From Bacilli bacterium (GTDB taxonomy: Bacteria; Bacillota_I; Bacilli_A; RF39; UBA660), in assembly GCA_017433415.1 (NCBI GenBank), contig JAFRHI010000016.1, forward strand, positions 2,684 to 66,683: a stretch of DNA of 64,000 bases. Direction: 5' to 3'. Positions 10,913 through 20,913 of this stretch are shown here, piece after piece. The position numbers and the translations under genes were made by a program. A model generated the notes under the pieces. That model saw only the letters and a program-made list of their open reading frames with translations, was not told the origin of the DNA and did no database searches. Position 1 is the stretch's first letter. Each line of letters opens with the position of its first letter.

Positions 10913-12274
10913 TTATATTCTTTTTTTAGTTTTTTTGAAGACAAGATATCCAGTTGAAGCACTTAATACTGCTAGTAATACATATAGCATAATTTTATCT
11001 GCTGTTTTTGGGTTATTACTATTATTATCAGTTACTCTTTGACTTGGTGGGTTATTATATCCTACTACACCATATGCGCTTAAATGAGTTGTTTCAAAAA
11101 CTATTTTATTATCTTCGATAGTTGGATCAATTACTTCAACTATTTCACCATCTTCATTTATATAGATTACTTTGTAGGTATCAAACTTTTGTGTTTTATC
11201 GAATGGTAAAGTAATAGTAAATTTACCAGTTAATTCTACAATAGAATTTTCATTATACATTGTAAGATCATATAAGCTTAATATAGTAGCATCTTTTTCT
11301 TTATTGAATTTTTCTTCTAATTTTATAAGTTCAGCTATATTTGGAAGGTTATCTTTTTCTATTTCTGTTATTTCTAATTCATAATCATGATTTAAGGCTT
11401 CTTCACTTTCGAAATATACACCCATTTCTTCTTCAGCATACGTTTTGTTAGGTTGAATTACATATTTTCCATCATCTTCAACAGCTACTGATGTTTCAGG
11501 AAGTAGATTTACATCAACTGCTTCCGAATATGTACCACCTTTTATTTCTAGTTGTGAAGCTAATCTTTCATCGATATCGAATGTTCCCTCATGGTTCATA
11601 TTTAGAATTGTTAAAGTAGATTTTATTGGAGTAGTAAATTTACCCCAGACATCAAGTTGAATTACACCTTTTATTGTACCAGTAGTGTCGACAGTAATTT
11701 GTGTACCATTTGGATATCCCTTGTTTGGCGCCCAACACATATCAAATGCATACGCATTACTGTAGATGTTAGTATTTCCAATAATTTTTACTGTTCCGTT
11801 ATTATTCGATACTGAATATAATTCTTTATATGGAGCGTTTGTTGTATCAATTGTTACATCTTCTAGTGTCAAATCACAATAGTTTTGAATAAACATTCTA
11901 GCTGAAGGATCTGTTTTTAATGTTCCGTTTTTAAACGTTGCGGTATTACCTTTTTCAATGTGAATGTTTTGACTTTCTGTTCCAGTACTTCCAACTAAAG
12001 GTATTGAAAATTGTACTGTGTGATTGTTCAAATTTACGACAAAATTTTTATTTAAATTTTGTTTTACCATTATTCCAACTTCAGTATCAGAATCTCGTAA
12101 TACATCAATTACAACTTCTTGACCATCACCTGGTACAGCGTTAATGGCATCCATTATAGTTGAATATTTTGTATCACCTATTTTAGCAACACAGTTTTCT
12201 GTGCACTCTGCTGCATTTACATTAAGAAAAGATGCAAATATTAATGCAAAAACAGCAACCCAAATTTTTTTCAT
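10913..12274 (-). CDS. secreted surface protein with C-terminal SrtB-type sorting signal (NPKTA)
   Basis: Signal peptide MKKIWVAVFALIFASFLNVNA. C-terminus is NPKTA + ADKIMLYVLLAVLSASTGYLVF + KKTKKRI, i.e. motif, hydrophobic stretch and charged tail. It lies directly upstream of srtB. Confidence 0.7.
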   Translation of the reverse strand: MKKIWVAVFALIFASFLNVNAAECTENCVAKIGDTKYSTIMDAINAVPGDGQEVVIDVLRDSDTEVGIMVKQNLNKNFVVNLNNHTVQFSIPLVGSTGTESQNIHIEKGNTATFKNGTLKTDPSARMFIQNYCDLTLEDVTIDTTNAPYKELYSVSNNNGTVKIIGNTNIYSNAYAFDMCWAPNKGYPNGTQITVDTTGTIKGVIQLDVWGKFTTPIKSTLTILNMNHEGTFDIDERLASQLEIKGGTYSEAVDVNLLPETSVAVEDDGKYVIQPNKTYAEEEMGVYFESEEALNHDYELEITEIEKDNLPNIAELIKLEEKFNKEKDATILSLYDLTMYNENSIVELTGKFTITLPFDKTQKFDTYKVIYINEDGEIVEVIDPTIEDNKIVFETTHLSAYGVVGYNNPPSQRVTDNNSNNPKTADKIMLYVLLAVLSASTGYLVFKKTKKRI

Positions 12275-12390
12275 TTTTACTCTCCTTTCTTATCTTATGT
12301 ATAAAGCATAACATATCAATACAAAAAATGGAAGCATAAAATTATTTTGTATAAAAAATAATGGTAAATTGTTATAATATAAAAAATATT

Positions 12391-12879
12391 CTATCTTTTG
12401 AATAGAATATTTAATAGCTTTTTTAAATCAAATTTATGTTCTTTTAATTCTTTAATAGCTGGAGGTAATCCTTTTATTATTATAACCAATTCAAGAATGT
12501 TTCGAGTTATTTTTACTAGGTTATTTACTCTTTTAGTTGCTCTATCGAGGATGCTTGTATCACTTTTTAAAGTAATTATTTCTTGTTCTATTTTTCGAGC
12601 ATCAAGTGCGTTCAGACAACTAAATTCAATGTTTTCAGTTGTTGACTGTATCACTACTAGATTTTTACTGACTTTTATCATGACTTTATCTTTATAGGAT
12701 TTTATATTCTTTATTAGGATTTTTTTAAGTATTTTATAATGCTTTTTAAATAGTTTTAATTCTCTAGCTAAAATTATATTTTTATTAGTTATTGTTAATT
12801 TTATATTGTTTTTGTTTTTATATTTTACTCTAAATTCATGTAATATTATTTCATCGTTTTCTAGTTTATACTCTTTCAT
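12391..12879 (-). CDS. hypothetical cytoplasmic protein
   Basis: ORF only; lysine-rich; no motif recognised. Confidence 0.35.
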   Translation of the reverse strand: MKEYKLENDEIILHEFRVKYKNKNNIKLTITNKNIILARELKLFKKHYKILKKILIKNIKSYKDKVMIKVSKNLVVIQSTTENIEFSCLNALDARKIEQEIITLKSDTSILDRATKRVNNLVKITRNILELVIIIKGLPPAIKELKEHKFDLKKLLNILFKR

Positions 12880-12897
12880 AATATCTCCTTATCATTA

Positions 12898-14043
12898 CTA
12901 GGAAAATAGTGTTTCTTCTTTATTATATTGTTTTGATATGTATATTATTATTGCAACTATATAGATTATTGTTGTCACAACAACAGTTAAGAGTGATTTA
13001 TAATTTATATCATTGGCGACTATATCATTTAATAATGTTCCACAGTTTGCAATTGGTATTAAATTAACTATTTTAATATCTGTTTCCATTATTTTTATAA
13101 AGTATGGTATCATTGGCAGAAGTGAAATAAATTGTAATGCTGATTGAGCTTCTTTATATGTTTTGGCTTTTCCAGCTAAGGCCATACAAATTCCGGCAGC
13201 TAAGAACGCAGATAAAAGAATAACAAATATTACTAATAATATAACTATAATATCGGTATTAAAAACAATTTCTTCATATGATTTGAACAGTTCTTTACCA
13301 ATTATAAATGTAGGTATTGCTAAGAAATAAGCAATAAATCCGATTATAAATGCTAATATAGCTGTTGCTAGATATTTACCAAGTATTAATTCAGAACTTT
13401 TTATAGGAAATGTTAATATTGTTTCTAATGTTCCCCGTTCTTTTTCTCCTGAAGTAGCATCTGTTACTACAACCACACATACCATTACGACAATCATTAC
13501 TAAATATGTTATTACTAAACTAAAAACTAGGTTCGTCATAACATTTGATTCTTCTTTTTTTAGTGAATGAGTTTTGATAGTGATATTATTATATACCTTA
13601 TCAGGATTAATGCCATTTTCAAGGAGATATTTATTTCCTAAGACATCATTATACATTTCTAGATATGTACTAGTAACTGATAGAATTATTTCACCACTAT
13701 TTTGTGATTCATCAGCATATATTGTATAAATATCATTTTCTTTTACTAGATAAGCATCAATTTCATTATTATTATATGCTTTCTCGAGTTCATATTTATT
13801 ATTATAATTTTTTAATGTAACAGTATCTAGTTCTTCAATAATACTTATTTCTTCTTGCGTTGGTTCATAATTAGTTCCAACTTTATATTTTGTTTCATTT
13901 ACGGAGTCAAATAAGACACCAAATAATATAATTACAAATGGTATCATTAAAGGATATAGGATAAGCTTTTGGAGTGATTTTTTATCTCTAATAACACCTC
14001 GTAATTCTTTATGGATTGTTATTTTAATATTATTCCAATTCAT
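12898..14043 (-). CDS. ABC-2 type transporter permease
   Basis: N-terminal TM, a large extracytoplasmic loop and five C-terminal TMs. It overlaps the upstream ABC ATPase gene by 14 nt. Confidence 0.65.
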   Translation of the reverse strand: MNWNNIKITIHKELRGVIRDKKSLQKLILYPLMIPFVIILFGVLFDSVNETKYKVGTNYEPTQEEISIIEELDTVTLKNYNNKYELEKAYNNNEIDAYLVKENDIYTIYADESQNSGEIILSVTSTYLEMYNDVLGNKYLLENGINPDKVYNNITIKTHSLKKEESNVMTNLVFSLVITYLVMIVVMVCVVVVTDATSGEKERGTLETILTFPIKSSELILGKYLATAILAFIIGFIAYFLAIPTFIIGKELFKSYEEIVFNTDIIVILLVIFVILLSAFLAAGICMALAGKAKTYKEAQSALQFISLLPMIPYFIKIMETDIKIVNLIPIANCGTLLNDIVANDINYKSLLTVVVTTIIYIVAIIIYISKQYNKEETLFS

Positions 14044-14806
14044 TTTTAGATCCTCCTATTAATTTAAAGAATGCATCTCTTATATTAGTTGTCTTTGTCT
14101 CTTTTTCGATTTCTTTTGGAGTACCTGCCGCAATTATTTTTCCTTTATTTATTAAGATTACTTTGTCGCATATGTTTTCAGCTTCTTCCATATAATGAGT
14201 AGAATAAATGATACATTTACCATTGTTTCTCTCTTCTTTAATAAAGTCTAATATTACTTGGCTTGATATTATATCTAATCCAGAAGTTGCTTCATCTAAT
14301 ATGTAATTATGCGGGTTGTGTAATACGCATCTTGCTACCCCTACCCTTTGTACTTGGCCAGTAGATAAGTTTCCAATTCGTTGATGCTTAAACTGTTCCA
14401 TATCGAATCTTTTTATTACTTTTTTGATACGATCATTAACTATATTTTTATCTATATTATAATAATCTGCACACATTTTTAAAAGCTCTATACAGGAAAT
14501 GTCTTTGTATAGTTTTGTGTTTCCTGATAAAAAAGCAATACTTTTTTTGACTTCTATTTCATCTTTTTCATAGCTTTTATTGTCTATAAAAACTTCGCCA
14601 GATGTTGGTTTCATAATACCTGCTATTATTCTAAGAAGGGTTGTTTTTCCAGCACCATTAGGACCTAGTAATCCCAATATTTCACCGTCATTTATTTTAA
14701 ATGAAATATCTTTATCAGCATAAAATTTTGTAGTTTTACCAGTTCCATTATTTTTTTCAAATTCTTTCGATATATTCTTTACTTCTATCATATTTTCTCC
14801 TATCAT
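14030..14806 (-). CDS. ABC transporter ATP-binding protein
   Basis: Walker A GPNGAGKTT, signature LSTGQVQRVGVARCV and Walker B ILDEATSGLD. Confidence 0.85.
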   Translation of the reverse strand: MIGENMIEVKNISKEFEKNNGTGKTTKFYADKDISFKINDGEILGLLGPNGAGKTTLLRIIAGIMKPTSGEVFIDNKSYEKDEIEVKKSIAFLSGNTKLYKDISCIELLKMCADYYNIDKNIVNDRIKKVIKRFDMEQFKHQRIGNLSTGQVQRVGVARCVLHNPHNYILDEATSGLDIISSQVILDFIKEERNNGKCIIYSTHYMEEAENICDKVILINKGKIIAAGTPKEIEKETKTTNIRDAFFKLIGGSKNELE

Positions 14807-14824
14807 TTTATTTATTACTAGCTA

Positions 14825-15937
14825 TTAGTCACTAATATCTATGTCTAAGGTAATATTGATATTATAATCAGGGTATTTATTTTTTATTTCATCATATATA
14901 TTTCTATATATTTCTTCTCTATTTTTAACCTTGAAATCAATAATAATATCAAAACTAAGTAATTTATCATTCTCATCTACATAAAAACCATGCATTTGGA
15001 GAATACCTTTATGAGAAAAGACTATTTCTTGTATCTCTTTTTGAATATGCATTATATTTTTATCTTTTGTATTTACGGAATATACACCGATAGTATGTAA
15101 TAATACACCATATTTATTTTGTATTATCTTTGTTACTTTTCTTGATATCTTGTCAATCTCTGCTACGGTAAGTGTATCTGGTACTTCTATATGAACAGAT
15201 CCTAAATACTTATCAGGCCCATAATCATTTAAAACTAAATCATAAGCTCCTTGGATTTTTTCCTCTTTTACTATTTCTTTTTTGATTTTTCTAGCAAGAT
15301 CACTCTCTATTCTGACTCCTAATATATTATCTACTGATTCTTTTATTAATTCTAATCCAAATTTAATTATGAATATTGATAGTAATACTGCTACATATGC
15401 TTCTAAACTTATTTTAAATAGTATATAAATTATAGCTGATATTAAAACTGAAATAGAAAGAATACCATCATTAAATGCATCTGTACCACTTGCGATTAAT
15501 GAATCTGAATTTACTTCTCGCCCTTTTTTCTTAACATATATTCCTAATATGAATTTAACAATAATACCAGCAATTAAGATAATTATTGTAATTGAACTAT
15601 AATCAGCTGTTTCTGGATGAATTATTTTTTTTGTTGATTCAACTAATGTTGTAATACCGGCATATAAAACTATTGCGGAGACTATCATTGATGTCATGTA
15701 TTCAATTCTACCATAACCATATGGGTGTTTCTTGTCTGGAGCTTTTCCAGCTAGTTTTGTACCTACAATCGTTATGATACTTGAGAGAGCATCACTTAGA
15801 TTATTAATTGCATCAGAGATAATTGCAATAGAATTAGCTAGTAACCCTACTAAGGCTTTAAAACCAGCTAATATAATATTTGATATTATACTAACTATAC
15901 TTGTTTTTATAACGACTTTTTCTCTATTATTTCTCAT
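14825..15937 (-). CDS. cation diffusion facilitator (CDF) family metal efflux transporter
   Basis: Six TM helices with SDAINNLSD / HPYGYGRIE motifs, plus a C-terminal cytoplasmic domain. Confidence 0.8.
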   Translation of the reverse strand: MRNNREKVVIKTSIVSIISNIILAGFKALVGLLANSIAIISDAINNLSDALSSIITIVGTKLAGKAPDKKHPYGYGRIEYMTSMIVSAIVLYAGITTLVESTKKIIHPETADYSSITIIILIAGIIVKFILGIYVKKKGREVNSDSLIASGTDAFNDGILSISVLISAIIYILFKISLEAYVAVLLSIFIIKFGLELIKESVDNILGVRIESDLARKIKKEIVKEEKIQGAYDLVLNDYGPDKYLGSVHIEVPDTLTVAEIDKISRKVTKIIQNKYGVLLHTIGVYSVNTKDKNIMHIQKEIQEIVFSHKGILQMHGFYVDENDKLLSFDIIIDFKVKNREEIYRNIYDEIKNKYPDYNINITLDIDISD

Positions 15938-16033
15938 CCATTCATCTCCTATAATAAGTATAACATAGTTGCTTGTACTTTATATAATAAAAAATCTATT
16001 AAGTAATAGATTTTTTATTATTTCAATAAAGGT

Positions 16034-16240
16034 TTAATCATCTTCATCTTTCGAGTTTGAAAGAACAACACCTATACATACTCCTATACTTACACCAATC
16101 GACATCCATAGAGACATGTTGTTTGTAGCAGCACCAATTCCTGTTCCTATACTTATTCCTATGCACATTCCAATTGCTAACCAATAGCTTTTATCAGGTT
16201 TTTCTTTTTTAGTACTTGTTTTCTTTGTTTTCTTTTTCAT
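16034..16240 (-). CDS. small Gly-rich membrane protein (68 aa)
   Basis: K-rich N-terminus followed by GxxxG-rich hydrophobic segments. Confidence 0.3.
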   Translation of the reverse strand: MKKKTKKTSTKKEKPDKSYWLAIGMCIGISIGTGIGAATNNMSLWMSIGVSIGVCIGVVLSNSKDEDD

Positions 16241-16264
16241 TTATCTTAGCCTCCTATGATCTGA

Positions 16265-16972
16265 TTAACCTATTATTAAAAATCCACTTATGATTATTCC
16301 AATAACGCTTACTACTATTGAGATGATGTTTAAGGTCATTAAAGATTTATATTTTTCTTTTAAATTTTCTTTTTGTTTTTTTATAGATGACATACTTATT
16401 ACTGTATAACCAATTGATATTCCATATGTTATAGGTGAAACTACCATATTAATTGTAAATAATAATATAAATGTCAATGCTATACATGCACAACTAAATA
16501 TCAATGGTCCTTTTGCTGATTTAATTACTTTATCAATGTTTTCTGTATATACTTCGTTATTTTGAACACTTTGACCTGTATTGTCTCTTATATTTGTTAT
16601 TCCAAATTTATTGCCAGCAATTACAACAACATCAGCATATGTATCATTTGTTATATTTATATTTTGATTCATGGTCTTATTAAAAGATATTGTATGATTC
16701 CCAGAATTTACATTTAAAACAACAGTTTCATCGTTCTTGATAGTTCCTACTTCATTATTATCAATATATATTTTAAATTTGATTAATGAACCAACAAAAT
16801 TTTTGGGCCTAGTTAAAGTTAATTTATAAGTACTATTATTAATATTTTCTTGTGGTTGGACAAATTGATTCTGTTGTTGCGGTTGTTGAGCATTGTTTTC
16901 TAATATAGTACCGCACTTTATACAAAACTTATTACCTTCATTATTTTGAAAACCACATTTACTACAATACAT
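16265..16972 (-). CDS. zinc-ribbon domain membrane protein
   Basis: N-terminal CSKCG...CIKCG zinc ribbon, a Gln-rich linker, a beta-rich domain and two C-terminal TMs. Confidence 0.5.
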   Translation of the reverse strand: MYCSKCGFQNNEGNKFCIKCGTILENNAQQPQQQNQFVQPQENINNSTYKLTLTRPKNFVGSLIKFKIYIDNNEVGTIKNDETVVLNVNSGNHTISFNKTMNQNINITNDTYADVVVIAGNKFGITNIRDNTGQSVQNNEVYTENIDKVIKSAKGPLIFSCACIALTFILLFTINMVVSPITYGISIGYTVISMSSIKKQKENLKEKYKSLMTLNIISIVVSVIGIIISGFLIIG

Positions 16973-17210
16973 GTTACTACCTCCTATTATTAGAAGTGTA
17001 GCATATTTTATGAGTTTTTTAAACTGTTTTTAATATTTATTTCTTCTATTGTTGTTTTAAAATGAGAAAAATTAAGGATGCTATAATCGCTTATATTATC
17101 TCTTTTTTTGTGATAATAAAGAAGTAATCCAGCAAAAATACATAGTGTTGTGATAATTCCAACTGTTATTAAAAATTGGTTGTTTGCATATTAGGAACAA
17201 GTGCTATATA

Positions 17211-17882
17211 CTAATAATCTTCATAGTAATTCAGTATTTTTTCCATTGTTCCATCTTTTTTTGCTTTATCCCATTCTCCTTTATATATTTTTCTTGCATA
17301 ATCTTTATCTAAGTATTTTTTTTGAAATTCATCTCTTCTTTTGATTAAAGTTGGATTATTTGTCCAAAGATTAAAAACGCCAGATGCATTTATTCTCCCA
17401 CATATATATTCATAACATCTTTCAAAATGCGCATCAAAAGTTTTAATATTTGGATAACATTTCAATGTTGTATTTATTTGCCTTCTTGCTAAAATGGAAA
17501 TATCAAAATCTCTATCTGAGTCTGAGATGCATTCTCCATAAAAATTTCTTGGCCTTATTTTTCTAGAACCTCTATGATCTTCTATTGCCTCTTTCATAAT
17601 CTTTATTTCTTCGTTAGTAAAATACTTTTTTAATTCCATATCATTATATAATATCTTACCGGATTCTTTTTCGTGATTATCTCTATCTATACCTAATCCA
17701 GAATCATGATAACATGCAACAACATATGCCATATCTTTATTTAAATCGTAGTATTCAGCAAGCATCATCATATTTTCTATGACTGCATTTATGTGCATCA
17801 TTCCATGAGCATAGAACTTATCATATTTTGGGAATATGTTTTCCTCTATATGCTTCTTTAATTCTTGATTAATTCCTTTCAT
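17211..17882 (-). CDS. HD-domain phosphohydrolase (paralog 1)
   Basis: H...HD metal-binding motif (HGMMHIN ... CYHDSGL). It is about 75% identical to the ORF at 20914-21582. The start was trimmed to MKGINQ, which follows GAGAGGAGAT. Confidence 0.75.
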   Translation of the reverse strand: MKGINQELKKHIEENIFPKYDKFYAHGMMHINAVIENMMMLAEYYDLNKDMAYVVACYHDSGLGIDRDNHEKESGKILYNDMELKKYFTNEEIKIMKEAIEDHRGSRKIRPRNFYGECISDSDRDFDISILARRQINTTLKCYPNIKTFDAHFERCYEYICGRINASGVFNLWTNNPTLIKRRDEFQKKYLDKDYARKIYKGEWDKAKKDGTMEKILNYYEDY

Positions 17883-17999
17883 ATTTATCTCCTCTCTAAT
17901 ATACAGACATTCTCGCAATACCATGTCCTGGGGCGAAGAACATATGCTCTAGGGCTGTACTAGGTCAACAGAATATGTTTCCAGTACCATCTATCACAT
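17883..17999 (-). promoter_or_regulatory. conserved 5' leader/promoter module, copy A
   Basis: TTGACCTAG...ATATGTTCTTCGCCCCAGGACA..ATTGCGAGA.TGTCTGT.TATTAGAGAGGAGAT is shared almost verbatim with 18964-19090. Confidence 0.5.
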
Positions 18000-18473
18000 T
18001 TAAATGTATTTTTCCAATACATAAGCATATCCTTTATTTACTTTTCCGTCTTTAATTTTATTGATAATTTCTTCTTTTGAATACCAATTGATGTTTACCA
18101 CTTCATTAGTATCGTATTCTATACTATCTATATCTATTTCATCTTCTATTAAATAAATATTAAAGATGTAACTATTGTATGGATATATAATTGTATCTAT
18201 ATGTCTAATATTAACATTTTCTAAATTTAATTCTTCTTTTAATTCTCTTTTTAAACCAGTCAACCTATCTTCTCCAGCAAGTACATGTCCACCTGGAATA
18301 GCTAATGTATTATTACTACGTGCTGTTGCTTGCTCTAAAAGATATTTATCATTATTTTTAATTAAAACATAACTCATCATTACATAACAACCTTCCGGTA
18401 TTTCATCTACTATTCTTCTAATCGTTTTATCTAATCTATTAAAGTTACTGTCATATAAATCTTCTAATTCCAT
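18000..18473 (-). CDS. NUDIX hydrolase
   Basis: Nudix box GGHVLAGEDRLTGLKRELKEELNL. Confidence 0.75.
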   Translation of the reverse strand: MELEDLYDSNFNRLDKTIRRIVDEIPEGCYVMMSYVLIKNNDKYLLEQATARSNNTLAIPGGHVLAGEDRLTGLKRELKEELNLENVNIRHIDTIIYPYNSYIFNIYLIEDEIDIDSIEYDTNEVVNINWYSKEEIINKIKDGKVNKGYAYVLEKYI

Positions 18474-18540
18474 AATTACCTCCTTTCTAAAACTGCGATG
18501 GAGTCACAATGGGGTGTATCAGTGTCAGTGCTAAGTCATA

Positions 18541-18963
18541 TTATTTAATTAGTTCTAAATTACCATCAATAATAATTGGACTAAATCCTTCTATTTCATC
18601 ATATAACATACCATTAGGAATATCATTATATAAATATATTTTTTTACCTAATCTAAATGCATCATACATTTCCAAGAATGTAGCTCCTCCAATGTAGTTT
18701 TTTAATATTTTTCCTTCTTTTTCTTTATCTAGATTTAATACTAAAACTGCATCCATATTTGAAATTGTATCTTCACTTTGTTTGTACATTGCTGCTTTAA
18801 ATTTTTGATGTTCTTCTGCTCCTAAATCCCATGCTTTTTGTTCAGCAGTTGGATCATCATAACAATTTGGTAAGAATACTTCAATATTTTTCTTTTCCAA
18901 ATTCTTTTTAACTTCTTCTATTTTTGAATAAAACTTTTTACTACATATTATTAATATTTTCAT
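18541..18963 (-). CDS. nucleoside 2-deoxyribosyltransferase-like (PF05014-like) small Rossmann protein
   Basis: MKILIICSKKFY start and C-terminal GGATFLEMYDAFRLGKKIYL, which resembles the family's G..E.GYA..GK motif. This is a tentative assignment. Confidence 0.4.
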   Translation of the reverse strand: MKILIICSKKFYSKIEEVKKNLEKKNIEVFLPNCYDDPTAEQKAWDLGAEEHQKFKAAMYKQSEDTISNMDAVLVLNLDKEKEGKILKNYIGGATFLEMYDAFRLGKKIYLYNDIPNGMLYDEIEGFSPIIIDGNLELIK

Positions 18964-19090
18964 TTTTTATCTCCTCTCTAATAAACAGACACTCTCGCAA
19001 TATCCTGTCCTGGGGCGAAGAACATATTGTTGAACCTCATTCTAGGTCAATAGAACATGTTCTTAAACTCCTAGAACTAGGCATGTTCTA
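18964..19090 (-). promoter_or_regulatory. conserved 5' leader/promoter module, copy B (contains the AGAACATGTTCT palindrome)
   Basis: About 100 nt nearly identical to 17883-17999; includes a perfect 12-bp palindrome and a second CTAGAAC...GTTCTAG inverted repeat. Confidence 0.5.
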
Positions 19091-19237
19091 GGATAAAGAT
19101 AATGTCATAATTGTTGCTATTATTATATTTTCATTACTAAAATCTTTTACATATAAATATTATCATAAATATTATTAATTATCTATACTGCAATTTTTAA
19201 TGACATCATTTATTAATTTATCATTTTCAATTTTGTT

Positions 19238-20056
19238 TTATATTTCATTTATTGCAAAACACTTCTTTCCTAGATCTTTAAATGATGCTCCACAGTGAAA
19301 AACTCTTTCTCTATCTATAATTATAAATCTATCATGATAGGAATCATTATTTATAAACAATACATTATTATATTGTTTTAGATATTTATTCCTTAAATTA
19401 TCATTTATATTAGATGAAATAATTATTATATTTTTATCAATATTTCTGAGATCATCTAATAATACTTTACCTATGTAGTTATCTATAATTATTATTTCTT
19501 CTTTAGCTATGTCAAATATTTCTATTAGTACTGAGTATGCATCATATATATCATTCTGAAAAAATATAGAGTTTTTAGTGATTACTTTTGGATTGAATTT
19601 ATCAAATAATTCATCTATTCTTTTTGTATTTTCATCTACTTTGTCTTCTAAAAGCAAGTATTTGCGTGGTAGTAGTTGTTCGTTATATTTAATATAATGC
19701 CTCATTCTTACAAATGCTCTCATAATATCAATACTTACTTTAGCAGCTACATCCGTTCTTATTATAGTCGCAAGCATTGCTACTCCTTGTTCAGTAAAAA
19801 CATATGGTAAACTTCTAATTTTATTATTTTGAAGTTTCAAATTGAAACCGCAAATTTGATTATATTCTTCTTTGTTCAACTGAAAATAAAAATCACTTGG
19901 AAATCTATCTTTATTCCTTTTTACAGCTAGATTAATAGATTTAGTACCATTTGCACATTGGTATTGTTCTGCTAAATCTGAATCTAACATCACCTCTACT
20001 CCTCTAATATTATAAATTTTTCTTTCAATATATTTTATTTCTGCTATTTCATTCAT
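19238..20056 (-). CDS. ORF6N-domain protein (phage antirepressor-like N-terminal domain) with a C-terminal extension
   Basis: N-terminus IYNIRGVEVMLDSDLAEQYQ...AVKRNKDRFPSDFYFQLNKEE...LPYVFTEQGVAMLATIIRTDVAAKVSIDIMRAFVRMR is a textbook ORF6N (pfam10543) match. Confidence 0.75.
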   Translation of the reverse strand: MNEIAEIKYIERKIYNIRGVEVMLDSDLAEQYQCANGTKSINLAVKRNKDRFPSDFYFQLNKEEYNQICGFNLKLQNNKIRSLPYVFTEQGVAMLATIIRTDVAAKVSIDIMRAFVRMRHYIKYNEQLLPRKYLLLEDKVDENTKRIDELFDKFNPKVITKNSIFFQNDIYDAYSVLIEIFDIAKEEIIIIDNYIGKVLLDDLRNIDKNIIIISSNINDNLRNKYLKQYNNVLFINNDSYHDRFIIIDRERVFHCGASFKDLGKKCFAINEI

Positions 20057-20263
20057 AATTTAACCTCCTCCTTTAGAATAAAAAAAGGATATCCCCTTCA
20101 TCCTATTAAAAGGGATATCCCGCAGCATGCAATAATTCTTCCTTGCCTTAAAGAATTAGAACTTTAGCGTCCAAATTGTCATATTAACTCATGGCAAGAT
20201 AATTAATATATTTGAAATATATCATAATTATTTCTATAACTCAATCGAACAAAACTATCAACA

Positions 20264-20869
20264 TTATTTTAAATTCTGAACAAAAACCAAATCTTTTATA
20301 TTATGCTTTTCTAACAAGTTAAAACACTCACTCTTATAATCAATTGGAATTATTATTATATTACTTTTTGTTAAATTTTTTGGTAAAAAAGCAATACAGT
20401 ATTTTGTTATTAAAATTAATTTTAAATCTTCTAAATCTAGATCAAATGTTATTTTTCCTTTTTTGTTTATTAGAGAGATTTTTTTGGAATTCATTGATAG
20501 CACTGAATCTGATTCTTCTCTACACGCTTCTTTTATTATTTTCGATATTGTAATTATGTCTTTCAAATAAACAATAATTGCCATAATGGTAAATCCTATA
20601 ATAAAACAATTAAACCAAAGAGGATTTTTAAATATTATAAGCATTGTAATTACATAAACAATTATAGCAATAGTAATATATATTCGTTCTGTTGTGTATC
20701 CAATTATTTTCTTGTTAGGATTATTTAACAATTGATTATAGTGTTTTATTATGGCATAACATTCATTTGAATATTTTTTCTTATCTTTTATTTTTTTTAT
20801 TTGAATTTCCATATTAGTTACTACCTTTCTAAAACTATGTTTGATGTTTAAAAACATGGCCCTACACAT
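20264..20869 (-). CDS. hypothetical 2-TM membrane protein
   Basis: ORF with two hydrophobic helices; no motif recognised. Confidence 0.35.
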   Translation of the reverse strand: MCRAMFLNIKHSFRKVVTNMEIQIKKIKDKKKYSNECYAIIKHYNQLLNNPNKKIIGYTTERIYITIAIIVYVITMLIIFKNPLWFNCFIIGFTIMAIIVYLKDIITISKIIKEACREESDSVLSMNSKKISLINKKGKITFDLDLEDLKLILITKYCIAFLPKNLTKSNIIIIPIDYKSECFNLLEKHNIKDLVFVQNLK

Positions 20870-20913
20870 AAAACCACTTAGGATGTTTGATTATTAGGAA
20901 CAAGTGCTATATA

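Noticed and set aside
12898-14806. ABC-2 exporter as a bacteriocin or lantibiotic immunity system
   Set aside because: No precursor peptide, LanB/C or two-component genes are nearby. It is adjacent to a CDF metal exporter, so it is more likely a generic efflux pair.
17925-17999. Reading the conserved leader as a sigma-A promoter (TTGCGA -35 plus TATATT -10) or as a known riboswitch (preQ1, ZTP)
   Set aside because: The -35/-10 spacer would be only 9 nt. No preQ1-I/II or ZTP consensus elements are present. It is left as an uncharacterised leader or operator.
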